Origin: Octopus sinensis
Lineage: Eukaryota
Direction of reading: 5' to 3'
DNA: 64,000 nt
NCBI RefSeq assembly: GCF_006345805.1
Contig: NC_042998.1
Coordinates: forward strand, 170,500,001 to 170,564,000
Position 1 is the first letter of the stretch. Each line of letters starts with the position of its first letter. Positions 10,701 through 24,722 of this stretch are shown one piece after another. Below the pieces are notes generated by a model. The model saw nothing but the letters and a program-made list of their open reading frames with translations, did no database searches and had not been told where the DNA came from. Position numbers and translations under genes: made by a program.

Positions 10701-13700
10701 CTATACAGTATCATTGATGAGTTAACAAGATCTTGTCAAAAAATCTATAAGTCAATGAGAGGAGAGGCAAATGTCCCTGTATCTTTCTACCAAACTAGAA
10801 GCTTTAATAATTACTAGACAGCATCATTGAAGCATTAACAAGATCTTATCAAAATATCTTTTATAATAAAGGTTAGGGTTAGGAGAGGAAACGTCCCTAT
10901 ATCTTTCTACCAATATGGAAGTTACATTTAATAGAGATGCATCAGCAGCCCAGTTTGCAAAATATTTTCCCTCAGCTGTGCAAATGTCAACTACCAGTTG
11001 ACACTGAGAGCAGGAAATGCTGCAATATCACAAAATTGTGAAACAATCATCAGCACATTACAAGAAATTAAAAGCAATTGAATGTATAAGTTAGCCATTC
11101 ACAAAATTATAGAATGCATGAGTAACTTTCTGCATGTGCCGTTGAAGCTCTCATAATTGATATTGTGCAAGATACACAGGGCAAATAGTGACAAAGAAGT
11201 TTAATTATTTTCAGGCGATTATATGTAATCAACTTCACTGAATTTGAAAAAAGTTACTGATTCTTTTTTTTCTTACCATCACATCACAGCTTTCCAGAAA
11301 CCTAAACTATCATATATGGAAACACCTACAGTTCTGGCTGTTCTGTCTATGGGCTATAAACGAAATACAGTCAAAAGAATTGTGAAAAACAAAATCAAAG
11401 AAACAGGTAAGAATACTTTATGATTTTTTAAAATATAATAATTTTTTGTTATACAAAACTAAACTATTCAGCTTTTGTACAAAATTCATCATCGTAATCA
11501 TTGCTGTATTGACATATGTTGGTTCAATACAGTATGCACAAGACAGCAAATCACAGTGTTTTAATTCATGTTAGCCTTTCATCATGTTATCTTTGAAGTA
11601 TAAATTTATATGATCACATCAGATAATTTTGGTTAAATTCTCTCTTTATCTGCTTCTTCTCTTAGGTCTCCCGAAATCCTTAAATCATAAACATTTTTCC
11701 CAAACTATTTTTGCTAGATGCACTTCCATTAACTTTTGGAGATTGTAGCTTCTTCAGACTCCCTATCACATAGTTTATTCTAATCTACCAAAATGAATTT
11801 TCTTTTTAATATTTCATTGAAAAATCTAGCATTTGCCTTTTAGCAGAAAATTCATTCAATTACTTACATACAAGAATTCAATGTCAGTATCGTAAATCAC
11901 TAAACTATCCGTCCATCATTGAATAATCTGGTTTCCTGCCATCAAGTTGTTCACGGTAAAGCATGTATAAGATTTCAGCAACTTCTCTGTAAATATATGA
12001 GAGGCATAATGCTAAAAAATACTATCATGCATACATAGAAGTGTAATATAATTATCAGAACCAGAGTTCAACCAGCAGTTGCTTTTCATGATTGGGATTT
12101 TATCCTGTTATTTTGATTTTAACTAAAAATATGAGAGGCCATGAAATGTGGTTGATAACTTCTGATAAATACTCTAGTGATGAAATCACTAAATTATACT
12201 TCCCTCCAAAAAAAATTTCATTTCTTGAAAATCTTTCTCCAAAATACAAATAGAGGTCTAACAAAGGAGGAAAGTAATGGATAAATGTGAATGTAACTGA
12301 ATGCTAGATTGTAATTTCCTAAATATTTTACACAAAATCTAATTTATCTGTGCATGTTTTTTTTTCTTTTTTTGTTTTAAAGGATCTTGTTTTTCACAAG
12401 CATCAGATTTACTTGTTGCAATCGAGAACAGTCCTCATTTCAATGATGATGATGATGATGATGATAAAGAGGAGCTCGTCCATGCAGCAATAAAAAATTA
12501 CTCTGAAACGTCAGCTAGTAAGTAATAAATGATAACTCTACTATTTCTCCATACTTTGAAATGATGGTTAGTAATTAAGAAATGATCCTTCTATTTATCT
12601 ATCAAAGTGCTGACAGTGAAGTAGCTGTTACTAAGTAATCCTTCTTCTAATGTCTCACATTGACTCTAGATTACCATTGCTCACAAGGAAAGGAAACATC
12701 TAGTTTTAAAACTTTATAACTGTCAACACCATATCATTTTCAGTTTTAAAATAAACCACTGTAATCCTTTCCAGTAACCAGAAATCGAAAATGGAATATG
12801 GTTTTCAGAAAAACAATTATGGGTTAGTAATAGGAAGGGTATCTAGCCATAAAAACAGTACTTAAGCAATAGCTTCAGCTAACCAATGCCAGCATGGAAA
12901 AACAAGCATAAAAACGATTGAACAAAGTTGTTCTACGTATATTGTGTTTAATCCATAATTGCCTCTTCCACATTGAGAATAATATCCATATTTGCCTCTT
13001 CCACATTGAGTATAATATCCATATTTCAGATTATATGGTTACTTTTTCCTGTTCAATTTGTTACACATGTCCATGATTGGCAATTGTAAACAGATGTACA
13101 TTGATATATTAGTATGATTGCAAATATTCCAGGAAAACATCAAGACTAAATAGTCACAAATGAGACAGCTGTTTTAGCCCAATGTCAACCCTGCTCAAAC
13201 AAACCTAGGATCAAATGCGTTCAAGCTATAACCATCTCATCTTCTTTTCAAGAATTACATTATTCAATGTGCCTCTCCTTTTTGAGTTGATAGGGTTTGA
13301 GTTGATGGAGCCTTGACTGCTATTTTTAGCAGGTTGAGCTACCACTTTGAAGTGCCCTTGTTAGCTTCTCTGGAAAATTGTTATGGCATGTACCTTCTAT
13401 ATAATGGATAATTCATATCCTGACACTGACAGAGATTCTTTAGCTTGAAATAAATGCTAAAATGAGGCACAGGTCATTAGTGTAATTAGTGAAAACATTA
13501 TACAATTTATAAATACTTTGTTAGTTTGTAGCATTGGGCTAAAATCCTCATCTGGAGAAAGTGACCAACTCTACCCAAGATAATAATATTTTTCATTTAC
13601 TCAAATCTGAAGGGGCCAGAACATATTTCTTGTTTATTTGTTTTTATTAGTATAATAATGTTTTAGAACACAACTTAAGAAAAGGTATTTTGTAAATAAA

Positions 13701-14147
13701 TCTCTCTGAGAAATGTTCATGCATTAGTAACTAACATGTTCACATGGAACCTAGGGTGAATTGGTGTGAATGAAATGGAATATTTTTCTTGTGTAACTGC
13801 TGATACTGTTTTAATATTCAGAATTTATCATTCTGTTATATTTCACAATTGCATAACCATTCTGTTATATATTCATTTATCCTCTCATTACTTTACATTA
13901 CGTTTCAGTTCACTTATTTTTTGTCTTCTGTTTTTTTAAATTTTTTACAGCAGCAAGTGCGGATTTAATTGCAGAGAATAATATGCTAAAAGAACAAAAG
14001 CTTTGTAAAATCTGTTTGGATGAAGACTTGAGTGTGGTATTTTTACCATGTGGCCATTTGGTCAGTTGTGTATCATGTGCAGCTGCTCTCAGCAACTGCC
14101 CTTTATGTCGGAAAATAGTTCATGGAATGGTGAAAATATTTTTCTGA
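6779..14147 (+). CDS. IAP: IAP/BIRC-family gene, copy 1 (degenerate BIR + 3 BIR + UBA-like + C3HC4 RING); join(6779-7757,8803-8948,10325-10433,11290-11406,12383-12517,13951-14147), about 560 aa
   Basis: BIR motifs (RLxSF..GFYY..CxxC..H..C) in the 6779 ORF. Hand-assembled exons have GT/AG boundaries, compatible phases (1,0,1,1,1) and an open frame to TGA at 14145-14147. The 8948 donor is weak and inferred. Exact BIRC orthologue not assignable. Confidence 0.88.
8803..8948 (+). CDS. IAP: IAP copy 1 second coding exon: second half of BIR4 ([34 protein letters not shown]), 3' end rearranged
   Basis: Acceptor ctgcAG at 8801-8802; type-II-like BIR signature. The 3' end uses an inferred cryptic donor GTAAAA at 8949 (phase 0); otherwise the frame stops at TAG 8964-8966. 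Confidence 0.8.
9233..9443. repeat. Compound tetranucleotide microsatellite (ATGC)/(ATAC)n/(AAAC)n in an IAP copy 1 intron
   Basis: Directly visible; source of six spurious ORFs. Confidence 0.95.
10325..10433 (+). CDS. IAP: IAP copy 1 linker exon (VMDATLQVQTESFES...GLAS)
   Basis: Pyrimidine tract + aaAG acceptor, donor G|GTAAGA at 10434; phase 0 in, phase 1 out. Confidence 0.75.
11290..11406 (+). CDS. IAP: IAP copy 1 exon, UBA-like domain first part (METPTVLAVLSMGYKRNTVKRIVKNKIKET)
   Basis: Resembles the IAP UBA motif (P.V.AVL.MG[FY]); cacAG acceptor; donor G|GTAAGA at 11407. Confidence 0.85.
12383..12517 (+). CDS. IAP: IAP copy 1 exon, UBA-like second part plus acidic (Asp7) linker
   Basis: GSCFSQASDLLVAIEN continues the UBA-like sequence; poly-T/aaAG acceptor; donor A|GTAAGT at 12518. 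Confidence 0.82.
13951..14147 (+). CDS. IAP: IAP copy 1 terminal exon, C3HC4 RING (LCKICLDEDLSVVFLPCGHLVSCVSCAAALSNCPLCR...KIFF*)
   Basis: Typical IAP C-terminal RING ending at the stop; ttttacAG acceptor (NAGNAG); TGA 14145-14147. Absent from the ORF track because it has no start codon. Confidence 0.95.
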
Positions 14148-14338
14148 GTTATGGAGGAGATCAATAAGTGATTCATCAACTTTTAGACATTATATTATGT
14201 TGACTTATTTATTTACTAAACTGACAATTACAAGAATATACATACATGTATAGCATATTATGCTTTACATATAAGATATAAAATATATTAATATATAACG
14301 ATACCAGTAATTATTACAATATAACATAACATACATGA

Positions 14339-14416
<78 letters not shown>

Positions 14417-14494
14417 TTTTTTGTTTGTCCCTTCATGTATTTCACGTTATTTATTTATGTAAAGGTTTATTATATATATATATATACATACATA

Positions 14495-14806
14495 CATGGG
14501 TCACGTGGGTCACATATCAATACTACCTTAAACAACTGGAACGTTTCCATCAGATGTGTCTCAGAGGGATCTATGGCATTAAGTGGGAGGACCGCATCAG
14601 TGATCTTGAAATATTGGAAGGCTCTCGATGTGAAAGTATAGAAGCTCTTGTGTTAAAGCAAAGGCTCAGATAGAGTGGTCATCTGGTCAGGATGAAGGAT
14701 TCCAGGATGCCAAAACAACTCTTTTATGGAGAGTTAGTTAAAGGAGAACGACCTCCGCATAAACCAAAAAAGAGGTATAAGGACTTGCTGAAGGTTTCCT
14801 TAAGAG
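14495..14806 (+). mobile_element. RTE/BovB-like LINE 3' fragment
   Basis: TWVTY..LKQLERFHQMCLR.I..IKWEDRISDLEIL...LR*SGHLVRMKDSRMPKQLFYGEL..G.RP..KPKKRYKD. Confidence 0.85.
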
Positions 14807-15599
14807 ATTTATATTTATAAATTTTTATATATATTTTTAAATATATTTTATATATATTTTTATATATTTTTTATATATATATATATTTTTATTTATTTAT
14901 TTATTTATTTATTGCTTTGAATAATATATATATATTTTTATAAAAAGCAAAGTTTATTTATTTGTTTGTTTCTATGTTGACTGCTGAAAATATCAAATAA
15001 AATTGATAATATATTATGAGTTTCATGTCATTTCAATTGATTTCACCATTCTGCAGATAATTGTGCACTTATTTTCCGAAAACAGAATGGGTGTGTTTGG
15101 GGCCAAGCTCATGGTGTATTGGCACCTATTACTAGCAATCCACGTATTGTCTATTTCACCATATTGTTTTTTACAGATATGGCATACCTACACAACAGTG
15201 CCCCACCAAATTTTTCTTCACAACTTAAAGGAATAATGGATATTTTTAAATAAAATTCTCTCAAAATATGCTTCTAAAGGTGTAGATTCCAACTATATTA
15301 GAATTTGTTGTTGAAACCTTTTTTCTCTCCCATTTAAGCCAAATCATTTGAATTTTCCAAAACTGCTCTTCCAACTTGTGGAACATGTTTTTCACAACAA
15401 ATTTTGATGTAATTGAAATCTAAACCATCTGAAACGTTTTTGTAAAAAATTTCATCAAAAAAAAACAAATTTTTCTGAAAGTTAGGAAACAAATTCTGTG
15501 GAGAACAGTTGTGTAGTTAAGGCCATAAATAGAAGTGGAGGAGCTGCACTTTTTTGTTTACAGTCTCTACCCCAGCACCAACATAATATACATGCATAG

Positions 15600-16040
15600 G
15601 TACATTTGCCTGTGGGCTGTTAAGTAGGCAAATGTATATATATATATATACAGGTAGGTAAATGGATATATAGGTAAACAGATAGATACATAGGCAAGTA
15701 GATAGATAGGTACATAGGTAATACAGACAGACAAGCATGCACACACACACACAAAAGGAGACAAAAGTGCATGACCATATACACATACACACTCTCCACA
15801 CATGCATATACACAAAGACACATATGGAGACACATCCATACATAACAGACACACATACAGTCACACAAACTCATACATGTAGACACACACAAGGAGACAG
15901 GTGTACACACAAATACGCACACACAAACACATGAATATGCAGAATATATACATACAGGCACTCATGCATACATACATATATGCATACATACATACATATG
16001 TGCATACACAAGTATACATGCACACATATGCACACAAACA
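15600..16040. repeat. Degenerate CA/TA-rich low-complexity tract
   Basis: Directly visible. Confidence 0.85.
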
Positions 16041-17382
16041 GACAAAAAGGAATGCAGCTCCGATAATGGACAGTCAACATCCATTGACTAAGTTGCAAAA
16101 GCAATGAAATTTTGGAAAAGAAAAAATATAATAAATGAATGGAAATTAAACTGGTGAATTTGTTAGATATTAAGGCAGTACAACTCTCCCCAGACACAAA
16201 TTTTATTTCAACACACAAATTCACATAAAGAATCTTGCTAACCAAATATAAAAACGAAGTATATATGTGTTTAAATGGAAAAAATTTCCTGTTTTGCAGA
16301 AAAAGTTTTAATAAAATGTTGAGCCTTCAAAAGTTAGAAACTAGAATAAAAAAATATAAGAAATTTATTTGGCATTTTGTTTCACTTTAAAAAAACAAAT
16401 ATTAGTTTTAATAAAAAATGCTTCTCTTCCTCCTCTTTCTTTTCCTTTTCTCTCCTCCATTACATTTTTCAATCCTTTCTCTTCATCTGGGTCATTATCT
16501 TTTTTCCCAGACCTGTCTCTCTTTCATGCTACTTCTTTCTCTCTTCTTTTTCCTTTTCTATCTTTTTTTTCCTTTTCCTTTTCTCGTCTTCATTCCATCA
16601 TTCACCTCCTATCTTTCCACTCCGAATAACTCATTATCCTTCTTCCTGAAACTACCTTTGTTTCATGTTTCTCCTCTCCTCCTCCACTCCTTTTTCTCTT
16701 CTTTCCTCCATTCCATTAAATGTCTTCTGTCCTTAATCCCCATTAAATTCTTCTACTTGTGCTTCTAAAGGAAATGATATAGTTAATCTTCATTTGTTAA
16801 TAAAAGGTGGTATTCCCCCCATTTACTCCTTTTGGAAATAAGATGCTTTTGCTAATGAGATGAGCATTTCAAAAAGTGCAACAAAATGCCAATTATAGTT
16901 TTTTTTTGTTTTTTTTTTTTCAATTCTGGTTTTTAACTTTTGAAGGCTCAACATTTTATTAAACCATTTTCTGTAAAACAATTTTCTTTTAGAAAAATTT
17001 AAAGTTTGAACGTTTTGCTGAAACCTTTTTCAGTAAAACAGGAAACTTTTTCCATTTAAATTTCTTGTTTTTTAAGATAGAAAGATAGATATATAAAGAG
17101 GACATAACTGATAGAAAGAGGAGGAGAATAAGTAGGAGAGAGAGTAAACAAACACAGAAAGAATAAGAGTGAGAGAGGATAAGTAAGAGTAAAATAGACA
17201 GACAGAAAGGTAGAGAGATAGATATAGAGAGAGGGGAGGACTCATAGACAGGAGGATTAAAAGAGAATTGACAGAAAGGGAAAGAGAATAAGTTAAGAAG
17301 AGAGTAAACAAACACAGAAAGAGGAAGAATGGAGTAGAGAAAAACAGAAGAGACAGATAGAAAGATATATATATATATATAT

Positions 17383-18622
17383 GACATCTTAAATGCACTG
17401 AGGGCTCCAACACAGATGTCATATACCTTGATTTCAGCAAGGCCTTTGACAGAGTCAAACACAATATATTGTTAAAGAAAACTATTCAATGTTGGTGGAA
17501 GGCTACTTCAAAGGATTAGGCATTTCCTAACAAACAGAACCCAGCATGTTGTGGTTGACGGCATCCACTCAAGACCAGCAAAAGTCATCAGCGGAGCCCT
17601 GCAGGGTACTGTGCTGGGTCCACTTCTTTTTATTGTCTGTATCAATGACATTGCAGATTACATTGAACATAGCACCATAAAAATATTTGCAGATGTCTCA
17701 AAGCTCCAGAAAGTCATTAAGGGAGCATATGATTGAACAATGCTTCAATTGGATCTATGTGCAGTAACCCAGTGGGCACAAAAAAATAATATGCAGTTGA
17801 ACGAAGAAAAATTTGAGCTCATCCACTTTGGCAGAGAGGGTACACTCAAACAACCATATACACTACCATTGGGAGACCTACTTGAACCATCGGATAATAT
17901 CAGAGACTTAGGTGTAACTATCGACAGCAATCTTAGCTGGAGTGTGCACATCAACAAAAAAGTCGATGTTGCCAGCAGAATGTGCTCATGGATCCTCAGA
18001 ACTTTCCAATCTAGGGATCATGAAACCATCATCCTTCCCTTCTCCACATTCGCTAGGCCCCATCTCGAATACTGCTGCTCGTTGTGGTCCCCCTACAAAA
18101 AACAAGACATAATGAGGATCGAAGTGCCACAAAGGTCAATCACAAGAAAAATAAATGGCATGGTGGGACTTGATTATTGGGCTCAACTTAAACAGCTGAA
18201 ACTCGATTCTCTGCAACACTGCCATGAACGATACATTATTTGCACCATGTGGAAAATATTCCACCAATATCATCCAAATGATATCAGTATTATGTTTACA
18301 ATTCACTAGGCCCCTACAAAGGTCGAGATCACATCACATAATAAACATTGCAACACAATTTCTTCACTGTATATGGTCCTGCACTTTTCAATGTTATCCC
18401 AAAAGAAATTAAAGTAGAACAAGACACCACGACTTTCAAATGGTACTTGAACAAATTCCTCCACAAAATTGCAGATAAACCACCTACACCTGGATACATC
18501 TCAGCCAACAACAACTCTCTGCTTGAATGGTCCATGGTGTCCCAAAACAATTAACTAAAAGACTTTTCCAGGTGGTACTATTGAGTTAGTGATGGTCGAA
18601 TCCAGTCTCAGTTATCTAAGTT
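17383..18622 (+). mobile_element. CR1/L2-group LINE, 5'-truncated and disrupted (RT + 3' end)
   Basis: DVIYLDFSKAFDRV, QGTVLGPLLF, IFAD motifs with stops and frameshifts; same family as 47157-48790. Confidence 0.9.
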
Positions 18623-18929
18623 ATATGTATATATATCTATATAAAGAGGGGGTGACTGATAGAAATAGGAAGGGAATAAGTAGGGGAGAGAGTAAATAAA
18701 CATAGAAAGAAGAAGGGTGGGAGAGGATAAGTAAGAATAAAAAAAACTGAAATGGGAATATGAAGAAGTTCTTCAGAAAATTAAGTTAAAAAGATTTTAT
18801 AAAAATAAAGATTATAATACAATGAATATTTTAACATAAAGTGTATGCAATTTTAACTAAGTTTAAGAAAGTTAATGAAAGATAAAAAATTGAAAAAAGC
18901 ATGTCTTGTGCTTGACCAATAACTGTAAT

Positions 18930-19100
18930 CGATATATATATAAAACACAAGATGTATGTCTGTCTGTGCTTGTCATGTCGTTAAATCTTGAGATCCACTC
19001 AACCGATTTTAATGAAATTTTACACATGCATTACATAGATATTCACAATTTCGATAAGGACAAGAGTGAGTTGACAGCCCATGGCTAGATATGTCATAAA
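18930..19100 (+). mobile_element. Non-autonomous Helitron-like 5' end
   Basis: atcgatatatatataaaa..(gtct)n..aaccgattttaatgaaatttt layout, like 48893. Confidence 0.5.
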
Positions 19101-21237
19101 TATTGTCATAGGTATCCTTTTTTCTCAGGGAGGAAAGAAGACATAAGGAGTAGTCAATTGGATATAAAGTAACTGTCTATAAAAAGAGGCTGGGTAAGGG
19201 AAGACTTTAAATCATGATGTTAATTACCAGTCAATATGCTAAGAAATCTAAGACGTTAAAACAGAAGAAATTTTATTTTGGGGTACTATGGGTAATTGTT
19301 TATAAGCAATATTGTTATATTGATTGATTGATTCTAGTTTCAGCTCATGAGCTGTGGCCATGCTGGGGCACCGTATAAAAAAATTTAAGATTTTCAAAAA
19401 TATAAACAAAATCGGTAAAATGCGTGTATATATCAATTATAAACATTAAAAGGAAAAATTACATAGAATCAGTTTAATATTCATTCATGCACTTAATTAA
19501 TTACTTATTAGGTGGTTTCTATAAAGACAGCTCAGGGCATTTACTTATGGAATAACTAGAAAGATAAACTTGCTATCTATCTATTAATTTTAAGCCATGA
19601 ATCAGAAAAAAATAATGATGCGTACAGATACACACACATTTATATATGTGCACATATGCACACATACACAAATATTTATACATTTATATGGATATAGTAT
19701 AACCATCTCGCATAAACTGAAAAATATCTATTTAAGAACTAGAGAAGTAACAATTTATAAGGGATAAGAGTTTAATAGGTAAGGATATCAAAATAAAAAA
19801 CAAAATAAATAAATTTATAGAAAATATATTGAAAATATAAATTCTATTTATTTATTTGTGCAGCTGTTCAATTAAATGGAGCCACTTGAAACAGTTGTAC
19901 TGCATCACTACTTGATATTCTGTTGCTTATTTTGATTTTATTCACTTTATTTTGAGGTGTGCGGATAATACCATACTGACTTGGTGCTTCAACTTAAGTA
20001 CCTAATTCAACTGAATCAATTATTTCTTATATACAAATATATATATATATATACACACACACACATCTATATAGATACATACATGAATACATATATACAC
20101 ATATATATTAATTGCTCATAGGATCACTGTATTTTTTTATGCAACCTTAATATACCACCAAGCATATTAAAGGCTTATCAGTCAATAACGTGTTTTAACT
20201 GTGTTAACAGGGCTATTTTAATCACATTCTAAAGTAGAGCCAGAACTAAAACTTATGACATCTTTTATATATGAATATATCTATATAAACAATGAGATCA
20301 AAGATAGGAAAACAGGTAATAGATGTATATGTACATCTGCCACACACAAATGCTCCTTTGTCTATTAACCTTCCTGTGATACTGCTGCACCTCTTATGTG
20401 TCCATAGATTGCACTGAGAACACAATAAGGAATTTTTACCTACACATTTTTCTACACATCAAGTGGTTGTTAAAAGTGAAATTCAGTTTGTGATCGCAAA
20501 CAGTTACAAAAGTATTTTTCTTAGCTAAGGTTTCTACTCTGTGTGGTATATATAAGAAAATGCTATGTAACTGTTTAGCCTCATATATTTGAACAGGAAA
20601 CGCTTAGATAGCTTTGTTTAATATAATTCCAAAATGTCTTTCATATGTTTTCCTATCTGTTCTATATAGATTTTTTTTTAGTTGTAACAGAGAAAAGTAA
20701 AGTCCTATTTGAGACCTTAAGGGAACATATATCAGAAGTTGTTTTTTTTTTTTGTTTTTTTTAAATTTATTTTGGGAGGAATTTTCTAGACTTGATACTG
20801 TAGAAATTAATACCTTTTCTATTAGAATAAGTATCAGGAATTGATACTTATTTTATCAGAATCTTTTGTTCAATAGCTAAGTTATGGGAACATGAATAAA
20901 CAAACAGCATGATACAGAAAATGTACCCTAGGTTATTTCTTTTTTTCTTTCACATTTCATATTTCTGTGTACAATACATAATTAAAAACTATAAGTGTTG
21001 TTTTCAACAGCCTTACATCTAAAATATAAAAGAATTTCCTTTTACAAAGAAATTTTCCACCCGAAATATTGTTTTCAAATTTTAGCATAAGGCCAGCAAC
21101 TTTGGAGGATGAGAGAAAGTCAGTTACATCAAATCAACCCCAGTGCTCAGCTGGTACTTATTTTATTGACCCTCATAAGGATAAGAGGCAAAGTCAACTT
21201 CAGTAGAATTTGAAATCAGAACATAAAGATAAACAAC

Positions 21238-21397
<160 letters not shown>

Positions 21398-23889
21398 CTG
21401 GAAAGAAATATGGTCGGCGAACGAACAGCCAAAAAAAAAGAGTATGAAAATAACAAACTCGGCATCTGAACAACTTTGGACCCCCATAACAACTGAAGAG
21501 GTCACCCAGGCACTGCAAAAACTAAGCAACTGGAAGGCACCTGGGCATGACAAGATCCCCAACTTCTGGTTGAAATATCTAACAGGAATGCACAAAAAGC
21601 TGGCTGAAAACTTTAACAGCATACTAGCAGAGCCAGAGACAATGCCTGAATGGCTCACGAAGGGGAAAACCATCTTAATTCCCAAATCAAATGAAACAAA
21701 ACCAGAAAACAACAGACCAATAACCTGCCTCCCTACTATGTTCAAGGCATTTACTGCAGTGATATCGTAAAGGCTGAACAAACACCTGGACGAAAAAAAC
21801 TGTTCCCAGAAGAGCAGAAAGGATGCCGCAAGGGCTCATATGGCTGTAAAGATCAACTAATGATTAATAAAGCCGTAACTGAAGACAGCCACAGAAAGAA
21901 GAAAGGCCTCAGTATGGCCTGGATTGACTACAAAAAGGCGTTTGATAGCATCCCCCACACATGGATCCTCGAAACACTAGCCATTAACAAAGTAGCACCA
22001 ACAATCATAAAATTCATAGAACACTATGAATAAATGGCAAACAGTCCTACACCTCCAAACAAAAGAGGGACTCATGAAAACCAAAGACATCCCCATTAGA
22101 AGAGGAATATTCCAGGGAGACACGCTCTCTCCACTCCTTTTCTGCTTGGCACTGTCACCTCTATCTGATATGCTAAATAGAACTGGATGCGGATATAAAT
22201 GTTACGGCAAAACGATCAGCCACCTTTTATATATGGATGACCTAAAACTATACGCTGCAAATGACAAACAGCTGGAAACACTATTAAAGACAGTTCATGG
22301 ATTTACCAAAGAAATAGATATGAAATTTGGATTAGAAAAATGCGCCAAAGTAACCATGAAAAGAGGAAAACTAGTTAAGAGTAACAACATCACACTAGAT
22401 AAAACCAATGAAATAAAAGAATTAGACCAAAGCCAAACTTACAAATACTTAGGAATCCATGAACTAGATAAGACACAACACACACAAATGAAAGAGAAAA
22501 TAAAAAAAGAATATTATAGACGAGTTAGATCAATACTAAAAACAGAGCTCAATGCTAAAAACAAGATAATAGGTATCAACACTTTAGCTGTCCCAGTTAT
22601 AAGTTACAGCTACAATATCCTTAACTGGACACGAAATGAACTGTCCAAAATAGATAGGAAAACAAGAAAAATACTGACAGGATCTAGGATGCATCACCCA
22701 AAATCTGACATAGAAAGACTATATATACAACGTATAGAAGGTGGTAGAGGCCTTATACAGCTGGAAAACTACTATAAAATAACCACCATAGGACTGCAAA
22801 AATACCTACTTCAGAAGGAAGGAAAACTGATCCAGATAGCAGCAAAACACGAGCAAAACAAAAAACTGTTCTCAGTATTTAACGAAGCTGACAAATACAA
22901 ACAAGAAATCATACCACCTAATAAACACAAAGAAGAAGAAGAAGATGATGAAGAAACAACAAAATCTATAAAACAAATGAAATCCAAACTAAAAATAGAA
23001 CAGCAACGAGCCATGATAAAACGATGGCAAGAAAAACCCCTTCATGGTAAATACTGCACTAAACTAAACGCAAAAGAAATAGACAAAGAAAAATCCCAGC
23101 AATGGTTGAGAAGCTCAGGACTCAAAGCAGAAACAGAGGGATTTTTAATTGCAGCACAAGACCAAAGCCTCCCCACCAGAAATTACCAAAAACATGTAAT
23201 GAAAAGAAATATTACAAGTAACTGCAGAATATGTGGAGATGGACAAGAAACAATAAATCATATTATCTCTAGCTGCCCAGTCCTGGCTAAGAAGGAATAT
23301 ATTCACAGACATGACAGAGTTGGAACCTACATACATTGGAAGCTATGCCAACATTATGGAATAACAACAGAAAAAAGATGGTATAGGCACACACCAGAAA
23401 AGGTCACAGAAAACGAGAAAGCAACCATACTCTGGGATATGCCGATACACACAGATAGAGAAATTAAGGCCAACAGACCAGATATAGTTGTCAGAGATCA
23501 TGAAGAAAAAAAATGCTTTCTAATTGATGTATCAATACCGGCAGATGACAACGTGTCTCTAAAAGAAATGGAGAAACTCTCAAAATACAAAGACCTGGAA
23601 ATAGAGGTAACTAGAATGTGGAACCTGAAAACAGAAACAATTCCTATCATAGTAGGTGCATTAGGCATGATAAAAAAATATTCAGACAAATACATAACAA
23701 AAACACCAGGACTTACAAACACATATAACATACAGAAAATTGCACTACTAGGCACTGCACACATCCTACGCAGAACACTTTCCATACAATAACCATCAGA
23801 GCATCACAACAAATCACAGCACATACCCAAGGCACACAGAGCTGTGCTCGGTAGTGAAGTGAAAGCAAGCTATAAAAATAAAACTACTG
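21398..23889 (+). mobile_element. R4/Dong-like non-LTR retrotransposon (RT + CCHC + restriction-like endonuclease), 5'-truncated; one stop (21768-21770) and a frameshift near 21800
   Basis: WKAPGHDKIPNFWLK, RPITCLP, QGDTLSPLLF, YMDD; CRICGDGQETINHIISSC; RPDIVVRD..LIDVSIP..EKLSKY; ends in (AAT)n at 23890. Confidence 0.9.
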
Positions 23890-23929
23890 AATAATAATAA
23901 TAATAATAATAATAATGATGAATAATAAT

Positions 23930-24430
23930 GAAATTATTGTATACAGTGCTCAGGTGCACCACAACTTGTCAAAAGTGCGTATAAAGCATATGCAGTAATG
24001 TACAAATGTCTGGGAAGCGAACAGTGTATGAGTCAGATACATGCTTGCGTGTGTATGGAGGGGAGAAAATCAGGTATGGTGTTGGTGAATCTCAGGAAGC
24101 ATGGAAGTTTTGAAGGATGCAGTGCTCCAACAACTGATGCCAGCAGTTTGTTCCATACTTCAGCAACTCTTAGTGTGAAAAAATGTTTCCGAAAGTCGTG
24201 GGAGCTGTGCTGTTTTCTGACTTTGTAAACATGTCCACGGGTGTTAGACAGGTGGAGTTTGAAAAGGTGCTCTGAGTTATTGTTTGTAAGATGGTCAATA
24301 ATTTTATGGGTGTCTGCCAAGTCAGCTGCCAGACGTCCAAGTTTCAATGTATCCATGCCCAGGGAAGTAAGGCATTCAGAATATGGCAAATGCCTGATGG
24401 CATGCTAATAGTTCTGCCAGGTCATTACCT
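23930..24430 (-). mobile_element. CR1-clade LINE 3' fragment with (ATT)n tail
   Basis: ORF 24033-24389: NTRGH..K..K.....FRKHFFTLRVAEVWNKL, typical CR1 C-terminus. Confidence 0.85.
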
Positions 24431-24464
24431 TTCCCTTCCAAAATATCATTTGCAAATTTTAGAC

Positions 24465-24722
24465 CAGTGGTTCTAAACAAGGGTTCATAAGAGATTTTGT
24501 TGTTGAAGTTGGTGTAATAAATTGCTGATGTTTCTACAATGCACAAAATATTTTAACAAATTTATTTTATGCAATTACATAAAAATATTTTAAGCAATTC
24601 TCAATAAAACTTAATTATAAAAATACAATAGGATTTTTTAAATATCAGATGGTTATGAGGATCCCGTAGAGTAAGATAGCAATCAAAGGGATCCATAGAC
24701 AAAAACTAGTTGAGAACCATTG
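24465..24722. mobile_element. hAT-Charlie MITE, 258 bp
   Basis: TIRs CAGTGGTTCTAAAC / GTTGAGAACCATTG; perfect 8-bp TSD TTTTAGAC at 24457-24464 and 24723-24730. Confidence 0.9.

Noticed and set aside
10868-10882. Interstitial telomeric repeat (GGTTAGGGTTAGG)
   Set aside because: Only about two units, within a local 110-bp tandem duplication; compatible with chance.
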